Shown here in pieces: positions 62,642-64,000 of a DNA stretch of 64,000 nucleotides (position 1 is its first letter; each line of letters opens with the position of its first letter). The stretch lies in NCBI GenBank assembly GCA_030704615.1, contig CM060734.1, positions 27,776,001 through 27,840,000 on the forward strand. The letters run 5' to 3'. The DNA comes from Takakia lepidozioides (lineage: Eukaryota > Plantae > Bryophyta). The position numbers and the translations under genes were made by a program. The notes beneath the pieces were generated by a model. That model was given only the letters and a program-made list of their open reading frames with translations, had not been told where the DNA came from and did not search any database.

Positions 62642-63250
62642 TGGGAGCATAGCCGCACCATTCTACTCCCTAAAAAAAGAGACCCTACAGATCTCAGTAA
62701 TTACAGGCCTATAGCCTTAGCCAACACCATATACAAACTATTCACCAACACGCTCACCACAATGCTCTCAAACTATGGCGAACACCAAATTCTCAGTGAC
62801 CCACAAGAATGATTCCGAGCTACACGTAGCACAACACGACAAATACAGTATGTTCTATCCGCCCTCGAAGACGCCAAACTTACAAAGCAAGACATAGATC
62901 TTCTGTATATCGATTTTAAAAATGCCTTCGGCTCTCTAGACCATGCTAGATGCTTGACCTTGGGTACCCCCATGTATGTTGTCCAACTTATAGGTAACAT
63001 CTACACAAACAACACCACTGAATACTTTGGTGCATACTATAGCTCCACCCCGCCTATCCCCATCCTTCGAGGAACTATCCAAGGTGACATCTTAAGCCCC
63101 TACCTATTCATTATCTTCCTCGAAACCCTACTCCGATGGCTAACCCGTGGTAAGCTTGGATATCAATACAAAACCTCCTCAAGTGACATTTCAACTGCAG
63201 CATATGTAGACGATCTCGCCATCTTGGCACATAAACCACAACACCTAAAC
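62642..63250 (+). mobile_element. Non-LTR RT fragment, Dualen/RandI-like
   Basis: NYRPIALANTIYKL, YIDFKNAFGS.DH, RGTIQGDILSPYLFIIFLE.LLRWL, AYVDDL; clade call is from recalled motif similarity. Confidence 0.7.
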
Positions 63251-63479
63251 AGACAGGGAGAGCTAGATCATTACCAACACTAGTTTATGTGATAGTGTTG
63301 CTATCTATTAAACGAGTAGAGTTTGAAAGTTGGAATCAAGAGTGAACGTTCACACTCATATGCATGAAGAGCTTGAATTGGTAAAGAATTGGATCCCCAA
63401 GGATATCTTGTGGATCAAGCTTACACCAAGAATAGCCTTTCAGACCTGCCTTCCATATGGTTATATGGTAACTGAGTCT

Positions 63480-64000
63480 TCTAGTCTAGCCAAGGATGCA
63501 TTTCATGGCCTGCCACAGTATCTAGTACAGCCTCTGTGAATGGCAAAAGAAATGGGTCTTTCTTTGTGCAGTCATACAGTTTCTTGTAATTGACACAAAC
63601 TCTCAGTTTGCCATTTTTCTTTGGAACTATCACAATGGGTGATAGCCAAGTTGTATACTCTATTGGTTATATGAACTTAGCTTCTGCCAGCTTCTTAATC
63701 TCTTCCCCCACCTTCTGTGCATAGTTGGGATTCATCTTGGATCTTGCTTGCTTAATTAGTATTGAACCTGGTTCCAATTCAATTTTATGTTGGCAAATCT
63801 CAGGGGGTATCCCCTTCAAATCTTTATAACTCCAAGCAAATACATCTTTGTATTTAATGAATAAGCTCTTAGTTTCCTCAAAGAATTCAGATTCCAAGTC
63901 AGCTCCTACTTTAACCATCCTTGGTTCCTCATCAGTTCCCACATTAACTTCTCTCACTTGCTCATCAGCTGTAATGGTCCACCCAACCACTATTTTATCC
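63480..64000 (-). mobile_element. Ty3/Gypsy RT N-terminal fragment (same group as 3711-5012)
   Basis: YKDVFAWSY.DLKGIPPEIC.HKI, WLSPIVIVPKKNGKLRVCV, VLDTVAGHEM. Confidence 0.9.

Overview
Repeat-rich eukaryotic nuclear DNA, probably from a non-seed land plant (inferred from gene content, GT-AG introns and transposon types). It contains one intact host gene, a 13-exon VARICOSE/EDC4 decapping scaffold (19006-44757, +, about 1562 aa). About 17 kb of its introns are filled by 8 insertions of one RTE/RTEX-like LINE family. This LINE has no poly(A) tail and its target-site duplications start with TCT(C). The flanks hold Gypsy, CRE-like, Dualen-like and CACTA fragments and a non-coding repeat family with nested hairpins. 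The most unusual feature is a putative cargo-bearing DNA transposon at about 50.5-62.6 kb. In it, a GCM/MULE-type transposase gene is divergently paired with a spliced gene encoding a ParB/Srx-like domain (DGNHR) fused to a beta-class N4C/N6A DNA-methyltransferase-like domain. That gene is bracketed by, and carries in its introns, about 45 copies of a 22-bp palindrome, GGAAATGCGG-NN-CCGCATTTCC. The upstream array has a 53-bp period. A head-to-head pair of unknown paralogous genes follows. All domain calls are by-eye motif recognition, not database results.
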